DNA of 64,000 bases, from NCBI GenBank assembly GCA_038733315.1, contig JAVYPJ010000002.1:224051-288050 (forward strand), given 5' to 3'. A program made the translations under genes and the position numbers. The DNA comes from Candidatus Aenigmatarchaeota archaeon (GTDB lineage Archaea > Aenigmatarchaeota > Aenigmatarchaeia > CG10238-14 > SpSt-28). Below the pieces are notes generated by a model. That model was not told where the DNA came from. It saw only the letters and a list, made by a program, of their open reading frames with translations, and searched no databases. Below are positions 51,256 through 63,700 of this stretch, piece by piece. Positions within the stretch are counted from its first letter, which is position 1; every line of letters starts with the position of its first letter.

Positions 51256-51759
51256 TTAGAACTCAGCAAGTTCCTCTTTAATTTTTTTAACTGCTAAAGA
51301 AAATTCAAAATAATTTTTAGATGTTATTTTGTCGAAAGAAAGTATTTTATTCATATTTTCTAAAAAATCACCCTCTGCAAAAGTACTTGAGATATAAACT
51401 CTATAAGGAGAAAGTTTTTCTAATCTGCTCTTAAGCGTTTTAAAAACTTTCCCAGCGTTTCTCTTATCTATTTTTTTAACAGTATTTAAATAATCCTTTA
51501 GCTTTTTTAACTCGCTTCTAACATAAGCTAATGTTGCTTCATCACTTTTTTCCAAGAAAAATCTCTTAATTTGTAACTTTATTTCTTGTTTATTAAGCAA
51601 ATAAACCGCAAAAATTAATAAAACTAATGCAATAAATATTAGTCCAGTATTAGAAGTTAATGCATCTACCGAAACAAAATTTCCAGCGGAAATTAAACCG
51701 CTAAGGCCTATTAAAAACAAAAGAGCTGCAGAAAGAATTAATATTCTTACAGTTTCCAT
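51256..51759 (-). CDS. Hypothetical two-TM membrane protein with helical tail
   Basis: 167-aa ORF, divergent from the coiled-coil genes. Confidence 0.72.
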   Translation of the reverse strand: METVRILILSAALLFLIGLSGLISAGNFVSVDALTSNTGLIFIALVLLIFAVYLLNKQEIKLQIKRFFLEKSDEATLAYVRSELKKLKDYLNTVKKIDKRNAGKVFKTLKSRLEKLSPYRVYISSTFAEGDFLENMNKILSFDKITSKNYFEFSLAVKKIKEELAEF

Positions 51760-51845
51760 AATTTTATTAAACTTTGCAAATAAATATATAAAGATTTCCT
51801 TAGCATTAATATCTATAAAAATAGTTTATCATTAATAATAATATT

Positions 51846-52904
51846 ATGAAAAATTCTCCAAAAAATTTAGAAATAGATGTTGAAAAACTAAAAGCAAAAG
51901 TTGATGTTTTAATAAAAATGAAAGAAGAAATTAACAATAGAATTTCTTTTTTGAACGAAAGAATTGGAGAAATTAAAAGTTCGCTAGTAGATAAAGAAAA
52001 AGAATTCGCTGAATTAAAAGCTTCCATAGAGAAAACTATAAAAATCACTGAAGAATTAAAGCCGGAAGAGATACTTAAAAAATTTAGCGAGTTTTATGCA
52101 AAAATAGAAGTTATTAATGCAAAAATCGAAAGTAATGAAGCCCTTTTGAATAAAATTATAGAAGAGCTAAAAGAAATTAGAAGAGTTTACCTTAAATTCA
52201 AAACTTTTGAAGAAATTGATAAAATTAGTGATGAAGTAAAGAAAAATTTAAATGAAATTAAAAAAAGCGAAGCTAAAATTTTTTCTACTTCAACAAAGAT
52301 AGATGCGATTTTTTCTGAAATGAACAAAAGATTTGAAGAGTTCTTAGAAATAAAAAAAGATGTTATTAATTTAAAAGAGAGGTTTAAAGAATTAATAAAA
52401 GATGTTAACGATTTAAAAGTTTCTTCTTCTAGCTTTATAAGAAAAGAAGATGTTATAGAGCTTAAAGAAAGGCTTAAAAAAATAAGAGAATTCGAAGAAG
52501 AACTAAGAAATAGAATTGACGCAATTAATATTTCTCAAGATTTTAAAAAATTTGAAGAGAGCTTAAATAAAATAAAAGAGGAAAAGGAAATTATTCTTGA
52601 AAAGTTAAAATTGTTTGACGAATATTTCTTAAAAACTAAAAACATTGAAAAAGAAATAGAAAACTTAGATTTAAGGGATTTTGTTAAGAAAAGTGAAATT
52701 GAAAAAATTAAACTAGAAGTTTTTAAAACGCTTTCTGACGTAGAAAAAACAAAAAAAGAATTAAAAGAAAAAATAGATGAAATAAACAGAAGTGATTATA
52801 GAAATTTATTCTTAAAAATAAATGAGTTAGAAAAAAAATACGATGAAGTTAATAAAAACCTTACCGAAATCATAAATTTCTTAAAAGTTATGGCTGAATA
52901 TTAA
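51846..52904 (+). CDS. Long coiled-coil protein
   Basis: 352 aa, E/K/I/L heptads throughout, no ATPase motif. Confidence 0.8.
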   Translation: MKNSPKNLEIDVEKLKAKVDVLIKMKEEINNRISFLNERIGEIKSSLVDKEKEFAELKASIEKTIKITEELKPEEILKKFSEFYAKIEVINAKIESNEALLNKIIEELKEIRRVYLKFKTFEEIDKISDEVKKNLNEIKKSEAKIFSTSTKIDAIFSEMNKRFEEFLEIKKDVINLKERFKELIKDVNDLKVSSSSFIRKEDVIELKERLKKIREFEEELRNRIDAINISQDFKKFEESLNKIKEEKEIILEKLKLFDEYFLKTKNIEKEIENLDLRDFVKKSEIEKIKLEVFKTLSDVEKTKKELKEKIDEINRSDYRNLFLKINELEKKYDEVNKNLTEIINFLKVMAEY

Positions 52905-52905
52905 A

Positions 52906-54711
52906 ATGGAATTTTCTAAGGAATTAGAAGAAATAAAAAAAAGAATTCTTGAAAAAAAGGATCAAAAAAAAGACGTAGATATTTTAAAAGAAGAAATTAA
53001 AAAAGTTAAAGAAAATGTTGAAAATATTACTAAAAAAATTAAAAACTATTCCTCTATTTTAGAGAATTTGCCGTTAAATCTCAAAAATTTGGAAGAAGAG
53101 ATTATAAAGATTAAAAACGTAGAAATATCAAGAATTGAAAGAAAATATGAAAAAATAGATGAACTATCAGAAAGATTAAACGATTATTTTAAAGCAATAA
53201 AAGATGTTTTAATAGAAATAAATAAACTTAAAGACGAGCTAAAAGATGTATATTTATTAAAAAATTCTTTATCTCAAAATCTTCAAACATTTGAAAATTT
53301 AAAAAACGAAATTTTTAGCAAGGTTGAGAATATTAAAAAAGATTATATAGAAAAAATAGAGAAAGATTTGAAAGATTTAAGTAATAGAATAGATAGTTTA
53401 AACCTTTCAGAAGTAGAAACTAAAATTAATGGAATTGAATTGATATTAAGCAACCAAGAAAAAAGAATCGAAGAAATTATAGAAAAGAGCAAAAAAATAG
53501 AAGATGCAGAAAAATTTTTTGAAAGTTTTAAAGAAGAGATTAGAATTTTAAAAGATTACGTAGAAAAGGAGATTAAACCTAAAATAGAGAAGTCTACAAA
53601 AGTAGCTGAAATAGAAGAAATGGTAAAAGATTTAGAAATAAGCTATCAAAGAATTGAAAACGATATTAAAAAATTGAGCAAAAGTATAGAAGAATTAGAA
53701 GAGTTTAGAAGTTTTATACCAAGCATAGAATATATAAAATCGAATTTTGTTGAAGTAAGGAATTTTATTAGAGAATTGGAGAAAATTAGTGAATCTAAGG
53801 AAAAAAGTGTTCTAGAAAAAATAAATATACTTAACTCCGAATTAGAAAAACTTAAGGAATTTGCACAAAAAACCGAAAAAAACCTAGAAGAAATATATAG
53901 CTCTATAAATTTGCTTAAGGAAAAAAACGTATTAGAAATAAAGAGTTTTGTAGATGATATAAATTCAAAAATTTCTGAATTTTTAAAGTTTAACAAAAAT
54001 ATAAACGAAAAAATAGAATCTATAGAAAATAGTTCAAAAGATAAAATCTTACAAATTGAAAAAAATATTAGTGACTTAAAATCGAAAATAGATTACGCAG
54101 AAAAAATTATATTAAAGATTAATGAAATAGAAACACTACAAAAAACTAATTTCGAAATTTATGAAAGCAAAATTAATAATTTAAGTAAAGTTTTAGAAGA
54201 CGCTAGTAAATTAAATGAAAGTATTAAAGCTTTCGATAAAAAAATTTCTGAAAATGAAAAAAAGGTTTCTCAAGCTATTGAAAAGTTATTAGAAATAGAA
54301 AGAAGCTTATCGAACTTAGAAAAAGAAAATGAAGAATTTAAAAGAAATCTTAAAGATATTTATATAGATGTTTCTACTTTAAAAAATAAAAAAACTGAGT
54401 ACAATTTGAACGAAATAAAAAATTCCATAGAAGAATTTAAAGGGATAAAAAATTTAGTAGAAAATCTTTTGTCTGAAATGGAAAAAATAAAATCCGAGCA
54501 GAAAAATATTAAATCGCAATTTAAAGTTTACTGGCTCGGTATTTTAAACATTCTAAAAGAGCTTAGCTCAAACTTAAAAATTATATCTGAAGTTATTAAG
54601 GAGTTTAGAGGAGAGGGTAGCGATATTAAAAAAGAGATAGCAAGAATAAAGATTATGGCTAAGGAAATAGAGGAAAGTTTAAAGGATAAAGATTATATAG
54701 TTATAGAATAA
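52906..54711 (+). CDS. Long coiled-coil protein
   Basis: 601 aa, continuous heptads, no Walker motifs or TM helix. Confidence 0.8.
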   Translation: MEFSKELEEIKKRILEKKDQKKDVDILKEEIKKVKENVENITKKIKNYSSILENLPLNLKNLEEEIIKIKNVEISRIERKYEKIDELSERLNDYFKAIKDVLIEINKLKDELKDVYLLKNSLSQNLQTFENLKNEIFSKVENIKKDYIEKIEKDLKDLSNRIDSLNLSEVETKINGIELILSNQEKRIEEIIEKSKKIEDAEKFFESFKEEIRILKDYVEKEIKPKIEKSTKVAEIEEMVKDLEISYQRIENDIKKLSKSIEELEEFRSFIPSIEYIKSNFVEVRNFIRELEKISESKEKSVLEKINILNSELEKLKEFAQKTEKNLEEIYSSINLLKEKNVLEIKSFVDDINSKISEFLKFNKNINEKIESIENSSKDKILQIEKNISDLKSKIDYAEKIILKINEIETLQKTNFEIYESKINNLSKVLEDASKLNESIKAFDKKISENEKKVSQAIEKLLEIERSLSNLEKENEEFKRNLKDIYIDVSTLKNKKTEYNLNEIKNSIEEFKGIKNLVENLLSEMEKIKSEQKNIKSQFKVYWLGILNILKELSSNLKIISEVIKEFRGEGSDIKKEIARIKIMAKEIEESLKDKDYIVIE

Positions 54712-57700
54712 TTATTTCTGAGATTTTACTTTTTCTATTTCCCTTTCTATTTCTTCTAGTATTTTTTCCTCTTTTGTTTTTTCATATATCTTTATTTTTG
54801 ATTTTACTCTTTCTAAATCTATTTCTAAATCAAAAGTATCTTTACCCTCTTCTCTTAGTTTTTTAATCGTTTCCTCCAAATCTTTTATTTCTTTTAATAT
54901 TTCTTCATAATCCTTTTTCTTTCTTTTTGCTATCTTTTCTCTTTCTTCCTTAGCTTCTTCAACTATTTCTTCTATTTCCTCTTTTCCAACTAACAATTCT
55001 TTATAAGTAGGAATTCTAATTTTTCTCTTTTCAAATTCTCTTTTAATTCTTGGCTCTAAACCTTCTAAATAAATATCAACTATATCAAAAGCTCCTTGCA
55101 TTAGCTTACTTTCTGCTAAGTTTAACTCTGTTTCAATATCAAAAACATCTATTCCATGCTTCTTTAACTCTTCTAAATAGAACTTTAATTCCTCAATTTT
55201 TCTATCTCTCTTATCATATTCATCTAAATCTTTTTCGCTCAATCTCGTTACTTGATGTAATATTGGTCTAAAACTAACAAAATAAGGTCTTCCTCTATTA
55301 TATTCGCTATTAACAACCATTCCTGTACCAATATTTGCTTTAACTATTTGAGAAACAAATTCTTCTCCATACTTCATTTTTATTCTATCTAAATCTCCTT
55401 CATATCTAGTTCTCAATTGTATTTCAGTTCCTATGTTTGCTCTAATTTCTCCAATAAAATCGCTTAAAACTTGAGAAATTAGTACCAAACCTATTCCCCA
55501 CTTTCTAAATTCTCTTACCCCTCTTTCTAAGGCTAAAAATCCTTTTCCACTACCACCAAATTTTGGCAATAATCTATGGACTTCATCGTAAACTATTAAG
55601 CATCTTAAATCTTTGCTTTCTTCTAATCTAGAATTAAATATTTCTTGAATAGTATTTGCAACAAATATATCTATTTCTTCTGGCTTTAATCTATTAAGAA
55701 CAAATATATAAACATTTCCTTTTGGATTTTCAATAATTTCTTTTAATCTAATTTTTTGATATGGCGAAGTAATTATTTTTATTTTTCCTGGAAAGCCCTT
55801 TGCTTGCTTAATACTCATTCCAAACTTAGAGTATTCTTTAAGCATATATTTTTCTTTACATTTTCTTAGGAAACCTGTCCATTGTGCAGTTGGGTCAAAA
55901 ACAATTACATTTTTATTTTTTAATAAAGCTTCTTCCGCAATTACCATTGCACTAATAGTTTTTCCGCTACCAGTTGCTCCAGCTATTAAAGTATGCATTT
56001 TTAAATCATCTAAATAAATAAATGCTCTTTTTGCTGTTTCTGCAATATTTCCAATAAATGCAGAATTTTCAGATGGTTGTGGCAAGGTTGAAAAATCTAT
56101 AGTTACTTTAAACCTTTTTTCTTTTTCTTTCTTTTTAATGTATGAAATTATAGCTATATAAGAAATTGTTGAACCAAAGCTAAATATTAAGAAATAAGTT
56201 AATAAAGTTTTTAATTGCATACCTAAAATTTCTTTTTCCAATAATGGAGTTTCAATAGTTACAAATGCGCTTGCTGTTGCTTCTTGCTTAATATTTTCTG
56301 TTAAATATGTTGCTGTTGCTTTAACTAAATATCTTTTTTCTATTATATCCTTAGGAATTTTTAGTGAAAATATTTTTGTTAAAGATGTCTCAACTGCTAA
56401 ACTTTCTTCTGCTCTTGTGATTTCAACTAGATTTTCACTATCTATTAAACTTAGAGTTAAGTTAACATCAACCCTTTTTGTTTTTCCTAAGTTATATAAT
56501 ATTATTTCCGCCCTCAAATAATCTCCTGGCTTAACTTTATCGCTTAATAAACTCATTTTTAAATCTAAAAGTTTCATTTCTGCCAAAACAACTTTAACAG
56601 TTATAGGAACTATAAAAGATTCATTTTCTATTATTATTTTAGCATATCCTCTATAAATTCCAGCTTCTTGATCTTTTGAAATTTCTGCAATAACTTCAAA
56701 ATAATTTGTAGATTTTTTGTTTATTAAAATTCTTTTGTTTGCATACTTTAAGAAATTAATAACATCTCCATAAAGCTCTATTTCTGCATAAACATCCTTT
56801 TCTTTATTATTTGCTATGTATATTTTCTTAATTTCCTTTTCTCCTTGCTTTAACTCAAAATACAATTCTTCTGTTCTAACCTCTATTTTTTCTGCAATTT
56901 GTTTTAACATTTCTTGCATTTTTGAATAATCGATAGAAGGTAATGGAGCTTCTCTTATAGGCGAAGTATATGGTGTAGATGCAGCTGGACATTGACCACA
57001 ATCAATTGGACAATTGTTACAATTCTCTAATATATCGCAAATTCCATCTCCACATATTACTGCTTCTGCAAACAAATATGCTGAGCTTGAATTAAATTCG
57101 AAAAATATTTTCGAAGCTTTTAAATCAATTTTCGGAATTATTTCTATCCAAGTTGAATTGCATTCCCTACTTTCTAACATCCAATCTTTACACTTATAAA
57201 TTCTTAAATTTTCAACCTTTAAAATTAAATGAGAATATTGAGAAATATCGAAAATTAATGTATAATTATTAAATTCGAAATTTTCTTTAATTGCAAACGC
57301 AAAAAATCTATTTCTTAATTTTGAAACGTTTGCTAAATGAACATTAAATACATCTATTTTAACTATATCATCTATGGATTTGTTAATAATAACATCGAAA
57401 TAAGTTATTTCAGAATCTTCTATTTTTATTCTTAAATTATATTTTCCAGCAAATATTGTTTGATTTATTGTTGCGTTTTCATCTGGCTTTAATTCATACT
57501 CTTTTTGATTAGAAATTGGATTAATTAAATCTATATACATTTTTACAATTTTATCAGTTATATCGGTAGCTTTTGTAGTAATTCTAACTTTTTCTCCAGC
57601 TCTTATTAACTTTTGCTCTATTTTCGAATTAGAAGAGTTATCTATGGCAATAACTTTTATTAAATAATCTCCTTTTTCTTCTATAAAAACGCTAGATTTA

Positions 57701-60700
57701 TATAGACTATCTATTTTTTCTGGAATTAAAACTATTTCTGTTTGATTTGGAAATACTAAAACAAAAGTTACTTCATTTATAATATCGTTATCATCTATTT
57801 CAGCAATTATTTCGTTTGTTTTGTTTATTTCAAAATCAATAGTATGAATTTTAACTGTTGGCTCTATATTATCTATTACTTTAATTAAATTTTCACTCTT
57901 TAAATAAGAAGTAAATTCTCCATAAGATGCTTCTATTATTAAATCGTTAAAAACTTTTGTTATTGGAACTATACAAGAAATTTCAAACGATTCATTATAA
58001 GTAATATTAATTATTTTGCATTCTTTTTCGTTTAAGAAAACTCTAAAAGAAATATTTTCTTTAATTTCTTCCTCTTCAAAAAATGTTTTTAAAGAAATGT
58101 TTAGAGTTTGGTTTGGATAAATTTCTATTTGATTTGTTGGATTTAATAAAAATATTGTAAAGTTAACTATTGTTATATTAAACTGAATTTCCTTTGAAAT
58201 ATTAAGAGTTTCGTTATATAAAATTAATTTTTCTAAATAATTTCCTTCCTTATCTAAATTATAATATATTGGAATTGTCTTTTCTTCTAATTTCCTTAAA
58301 ATAAATTCGCTTAGAGCTGAAATGTTTTGAGAAGTATTTGTTTTTAATAATAAATCGTTATTTGCAATGCTTTTTATTGTTAAATTAGTTAAAACTCCAA
58401 AACCTTTTCCTTTTTTAACTTCGAAATAATCATTAGTAATAAAACTATAGTTATTTAAAACATTAACTCTTAAATACGTAATTCTTTCTATTCCTTCTGC
58501 GCTTATAATTCTTAATACCCCAACATAATTTCCTGCATTATAACCAGCTGGAATTGTTACATTAATTTCTATTTCTCTGCTTTCTCCAGGCATTAAAGTT
58601 CCTACAAATGGAGTATATTCTGGGTTAAATTCATAGCAAACAGTTCCATATAAACATTCAATTCTCATATTACTTACTGGATCTGTTCCGCTCGATTGAA
58701 TAGTAAATCTAATAGTGTATTTCTGCCAATGATGAACATCTATTGGTAATGGATCATAAACATCTAATCTTGCCTCTTTTCTTACTCCTTCGGCAACTAA
58801 ATATGCTCCTTGTTTAAATTTAGTCTCTGTTTCTACAAATTTATATCTTTTGTCTACTCTAGAAGGTAATTGAATCCATTCTGAACAAGTCTTTTGATAA
58901 AAGTCCCAGCCATTACAATAAATTATTTTTAAATTGTTTTCCGCCGCTCCATATTGCTGAGCTATTGAAATGTCATAATAAACTCTTATTGTTGAATCGA
59001 TTTCTATTGGAGTTATTATTGCAAAGCCTCCTAAAGGCTTATAAAGATTTACTTCTGTTGGATAAACTTTATCGTATTTTATAAAATCATCTGGCAAATC
59101 AAAAGTAGATAAGTTATATAATTTTATTTTTGCCTCATTACTTTCTATTAATAAATCGTAAGTTCTTAAATGAATTGTAAAGTTTTTATATCCATATACA
59201 TATTCTTTTTGCAATATTTGATTTGTGTTATTTCTATAAAACGTAAAGTTTATGCTAACATATTCATCTCTGCTATTTGTTATATTAACCCAAATGTTTT
59301 TAGAAACGTATACTTCAAAATAGTCTTCAAATATTAATGTATTGTTTGTTGTATCGTTTATTATAAATATTAAATCGTAATCGTTTGGCTCCAATTTTTC
59401 TATCGTAATTTCCCAAGTAATGTTATTTTCTGTTAATAATTCATATGTTGCGTTTAATTGCTTTATATACATTAAAACTTTATCTATAGCTACATTATCG
59501 CTTAAATTTAATTTTATTGTTACGTTATTTGGAAATTCTACGCTTGGAATTTCTTTTGAAATTAATTTTGGTGGAGTAATATCTTTATAATATATTGCAT
59601 TAGCTTCTGTTTTTTCAACTAAAATTTCATAAGTTTCGTAATAAGCTTTTATAGTTAAATCATGCCATTTTCCATCTTCATTTTTTGGTAAGCTACATTC
59701 AATTATCCAATTATCATTTATTACTTCTACTTTACTTATATTGCATGTATTATTAGAAATTAAAATTGTAAAAGATGTGTTTGAAGTTATTATTTCATCT
59801 CCTATTCTAAAAGTTAAATTTATTTCTATTTTTTGATTCTCTAAAACATCTATAATTGGAGCTTCAGAATTTGGATAATTAATAACTATTTCAGCAGGAT
59901 AAACTTCTATTCTTATTGGTACTTTTTTAATTCCTAGTGTATTTTCAATTATTGAAATGTTTCCTTCATAAATCGATAAGTAATTTGGCGGACTAATATT
60001 TGCAATTAGAACAAAGCTTTGAGCTGGACTTATTTCTTTATAATTTTCAGCTAAGCTTAATATTTCTGTTACATTTCCTTCTAAGCTTATACTAAATGTT
60101 AACAATTCGTTTCCAATATTTGTTATATTCAAAATTTCCTGAGTTACGTTTTTTCCAGCTAATATTTTTAACAATATTTCTTCTTTATCTATAGAATAAT
60201 TATAGTCTTGTAAAACATTAATTTCAATCTCAAAATCTTTGGTATCATCTATGCTAGTAACATTTATTTTTGGATAATATTTTCCGCTAGAAAAACCTAA
60301 TGGCAAATCTATAGTTAAAGTAATGTTTATTGTTTCGCCTGTATTTAAACTTGGAATAAAGCTTGGAGAAAAACTAACATAATTACATAAATTTGTTTCT
60401 CTTTGACATAAGAATGTTATATTTCTTACTTCTGAATTACCTATGGATTGAATAGTAAAGTTTACAGAAATCGAAGAATTATGATTTACTAATAAACTAT
60501 TTGGATATTCACTAATATTTAAAATTCTTGTTGGTAAAACATTTATTGTTATAGTTTGAGAAGAATAAGCAATTCCTGAACTTTCATCTGGATTTTGCCA
60601 AGTTACATATGGTTTAATAGTATATTCCCTTGCAATAGTTCCTTGGGGAATTGTTATATTAAGCATTGTATATATAGTTGTGTTTGGTAAAATTTGAGAT

Positions 60701-63700
60701 ATGTTTATAGAATGAATTATCCAATTTGTACCTGCTGGTGGCGAAGATGTTAAAGTTACATTATATGCACTAACTGTATCGTTTAAATTTCTAATAGAAA
60801 TGTTTAGAGAAATTGTAGCAGAATTTAGTAATGTAACATTTTCTACATTAATATATGTTGTTGATGGAATTACTTCTAATGAGGATTTAGCCATAGCTCT
60901 GAAGTAAAGTTCTACGAAATTGCATTTATTTCCCTGATCACAAGCTGTTAAACTTACTCTATACATTCCTTCAATTTGTGGATAGTATAGGCATGAATAA
61001 TATTTATTTTGCAAATTTCCACTTGCACAAGTAACATTTTCTACTGTTCCATTAGGTAGCGTTATATTTAAGTAAATAGCTTTCAACTTATTTTCATCGT
61101 CGTAAAAATATGCAGTTATATTCTGTAATTTTTTAATTTCTATTTTTGAAGTATATGTTATATTTGAAATTGTTGGTGGCATATCAACAATACTCCAATA
61201 AACAAGCACGTATCCTAATTGAGGAGTTGCTGAGTCGTTATAAAATGTAATATTTAATCCATAACTTCTAGCATTACTGAAGCCATTTTGATATAAACAT
61301 AAGGAATTATTGGAAATCTTATCTACAAAAATAAATTCCTGATTACATTCATCCTTAGGAACTGAAAATACATAATCTTCTATAGGTACGTTCAATATCT
61401 GATTATAATTTATTGAAAAGTTCAAAGGTATGTTACCTAAATTAACTATTGTTATGCTTCCTAAGCTTCCTGCTTCATTTAATCCATAGGTTTCATTTAT
61501 ATATTCTACTATACTACCATTTCTTGAAAAAACAATTATGTACCATCTAGAATCTATAGGAACTATAATGTTTAAATCTATTGTAGCCCTTCTTTCGTCT
61601 TCTCTACCAAAATTAGAAGTTATATTAATTTTTCCTAAGTAAGTATCTGGATTTGTTCCTAGAGGAATTGAAATGTTTACAAAAAATTCTGCGTATGTAT
61701 TTTCATCTATTCTTTCAAAATAATTTGGATTTATATATATCCATTCTTCTGGTAAATTTATTTCTGTATAATCAATTGAAATGTTGTATAATGGAGCATT
61801 ACCAGTATTATTTAAAATAATTTTTACAGAATAGTTATTTCCATGCCAAATCTCTTGAGTAATGTTATAGATGTTTAACTCTATTGTTGGGTTTCCGATA
61901 ATTCTTATTATACTTTCACATGGCCTTGTAGTTATTCTTGGATTTATAGTACCATTATTATTTATCCAAATAGCCTGCCATCTCATACAGTAATCCCCCG
62001 GCTCAGTTCCTGCAGGTATTACTACACCAAATGTTATATTTGTTGTTTCCGTAGGTCCTAAAATTTCTGGTAATGGTGTTACATTAAAAACGTTTGTAAA
62101 CTTACTAAAAGCAGTATCTGGTAAATTGTTTGCATCTAGATAAAGAGAAACGTTTAAATTTTTCATAGATCCATTTCCTGTATTAATTATAGAAACGTTT
62201 AAATAAGCGATTGTATCATTAATTTGAGAAACATTATAAACTGTTATATTATACGCTATTATTCTTCCTGTAGTAGTTAAGCTTTCAAAGAAATAAGTGA
62301 AATCGAAAGTTGCTAATTCGTAAAATTGGGAATTATTTATTGCACTAGCAAAAACTGTTTTATTTCCTGGAATTATTTCACAATTACTTCCAACTGTAAA
62401 GTTAACTTCGCAATAATAATTGCCAAAGCAACTTTTTGTTATTGAATCGGTTGTTATATTTATTTCTCCTTCTATAAGTTCGTTTGTATCGATTCTGGTA
62501 TAATTTCCAACTTTTATAGTTGATATTGCGCAACTTGGATTTGAAGTAAAATCTTGAATAATTTCATAATATCCCGTTAATTTTGTTGGTGCCCAAATTT
62601 CAAAATTTTTTTGTTGAGTAAATGAAACGCTATAATAAAGAGTTGAATTATTATCTATTGAGCAGTTTACATAATGAATTCCTAAAGGATATTTCGAAAC
62701 ATCTAAAACATAATTTACAAAGCCACTTGAATTTGTTAATAAATTTGCAACATTTGTTCCATCTACTATTATTTCAACAGGATAATTACTTATTCCTTCT
62801 TTTGTTACATTATCGTAAATAAGGCAAGTTATTGATAAGTTTTTATCAGTAGAATTATATAGCTTTTGCTTTTCTAATGTTAAATTAACTTCTGCCCAAC
62901 CCCATATTTCAATCGATTTTGAATCAAAGCTTTCTATTCCCTCTTCTGAAATAGATGATACATTAATAATTTGAGTTCCCAATTTTGCTAAACCTAAAAT
63001 TTCAATTGTTGCATTATTCCATTTTTTCTCATTTGGAACTAAATTTCCTAAGAAATTATTTTGAGAAATTATGTTAAAGCCTATGGGTAATGAATAGTTT
63101 AGCCAAACATTATTTAAAGTAATTGGATTAGAAGGATTAGCCAAAACAGATGAATTTATATTAATTTTATCTCCTCTATGAGCTTTAGCTGGTATTTCTT
63201 CTATTTTTGTAATTGTTTGAGCTACATAAAGTAAAGTAGAATTTAAAACTTCCTGACCATATTTTACGGTTATGTTATAAGTTCCTACTGTGTTTAATTG
63301 AAAGTTGAATTCATAGTATCCATCTGAAGATGTTAAATCTGTTAGGTACAGGTTGTTATTTAAATATAATTCCACGTATCTACCAGAATATGTATAACAT
63401 TCATAATCTTGTATGCTATGTGTATGATTTAAAAGATCGCCACAATCAAAAGTATTACCAAATATTTTTATAGATTCATTTGGATTTAATATTATTTTGT
63501 TCGAATAAATGGATATTTTTTTTGGTTTAACTATATAAATAGATCCATTTTGTCCACTTTGATACCCAGAGCCGCCAATTGCAGATATTTTTACATTCGA
63601 ATAATTGAAAACATAATAAATAGCAATTCTTCCTCCAGAACCTCCACCTCCATAATTATCACCAGAACCTCCATTAGCACTAATACTTCCATTTCCAATA

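Noticed and set aside
51846..54711. SMC/Rad50 assignment for the coiled-coil genes
   Set aside because: No Walker A/B, signature motif, hinge or CxxC hook
54712..56100. Canonical HerA-NurA DNA repair helicase
   Set aside because: No HAS barrel and no nurA/mre11/rad50 nearby; the domain is fused behind a TM helix
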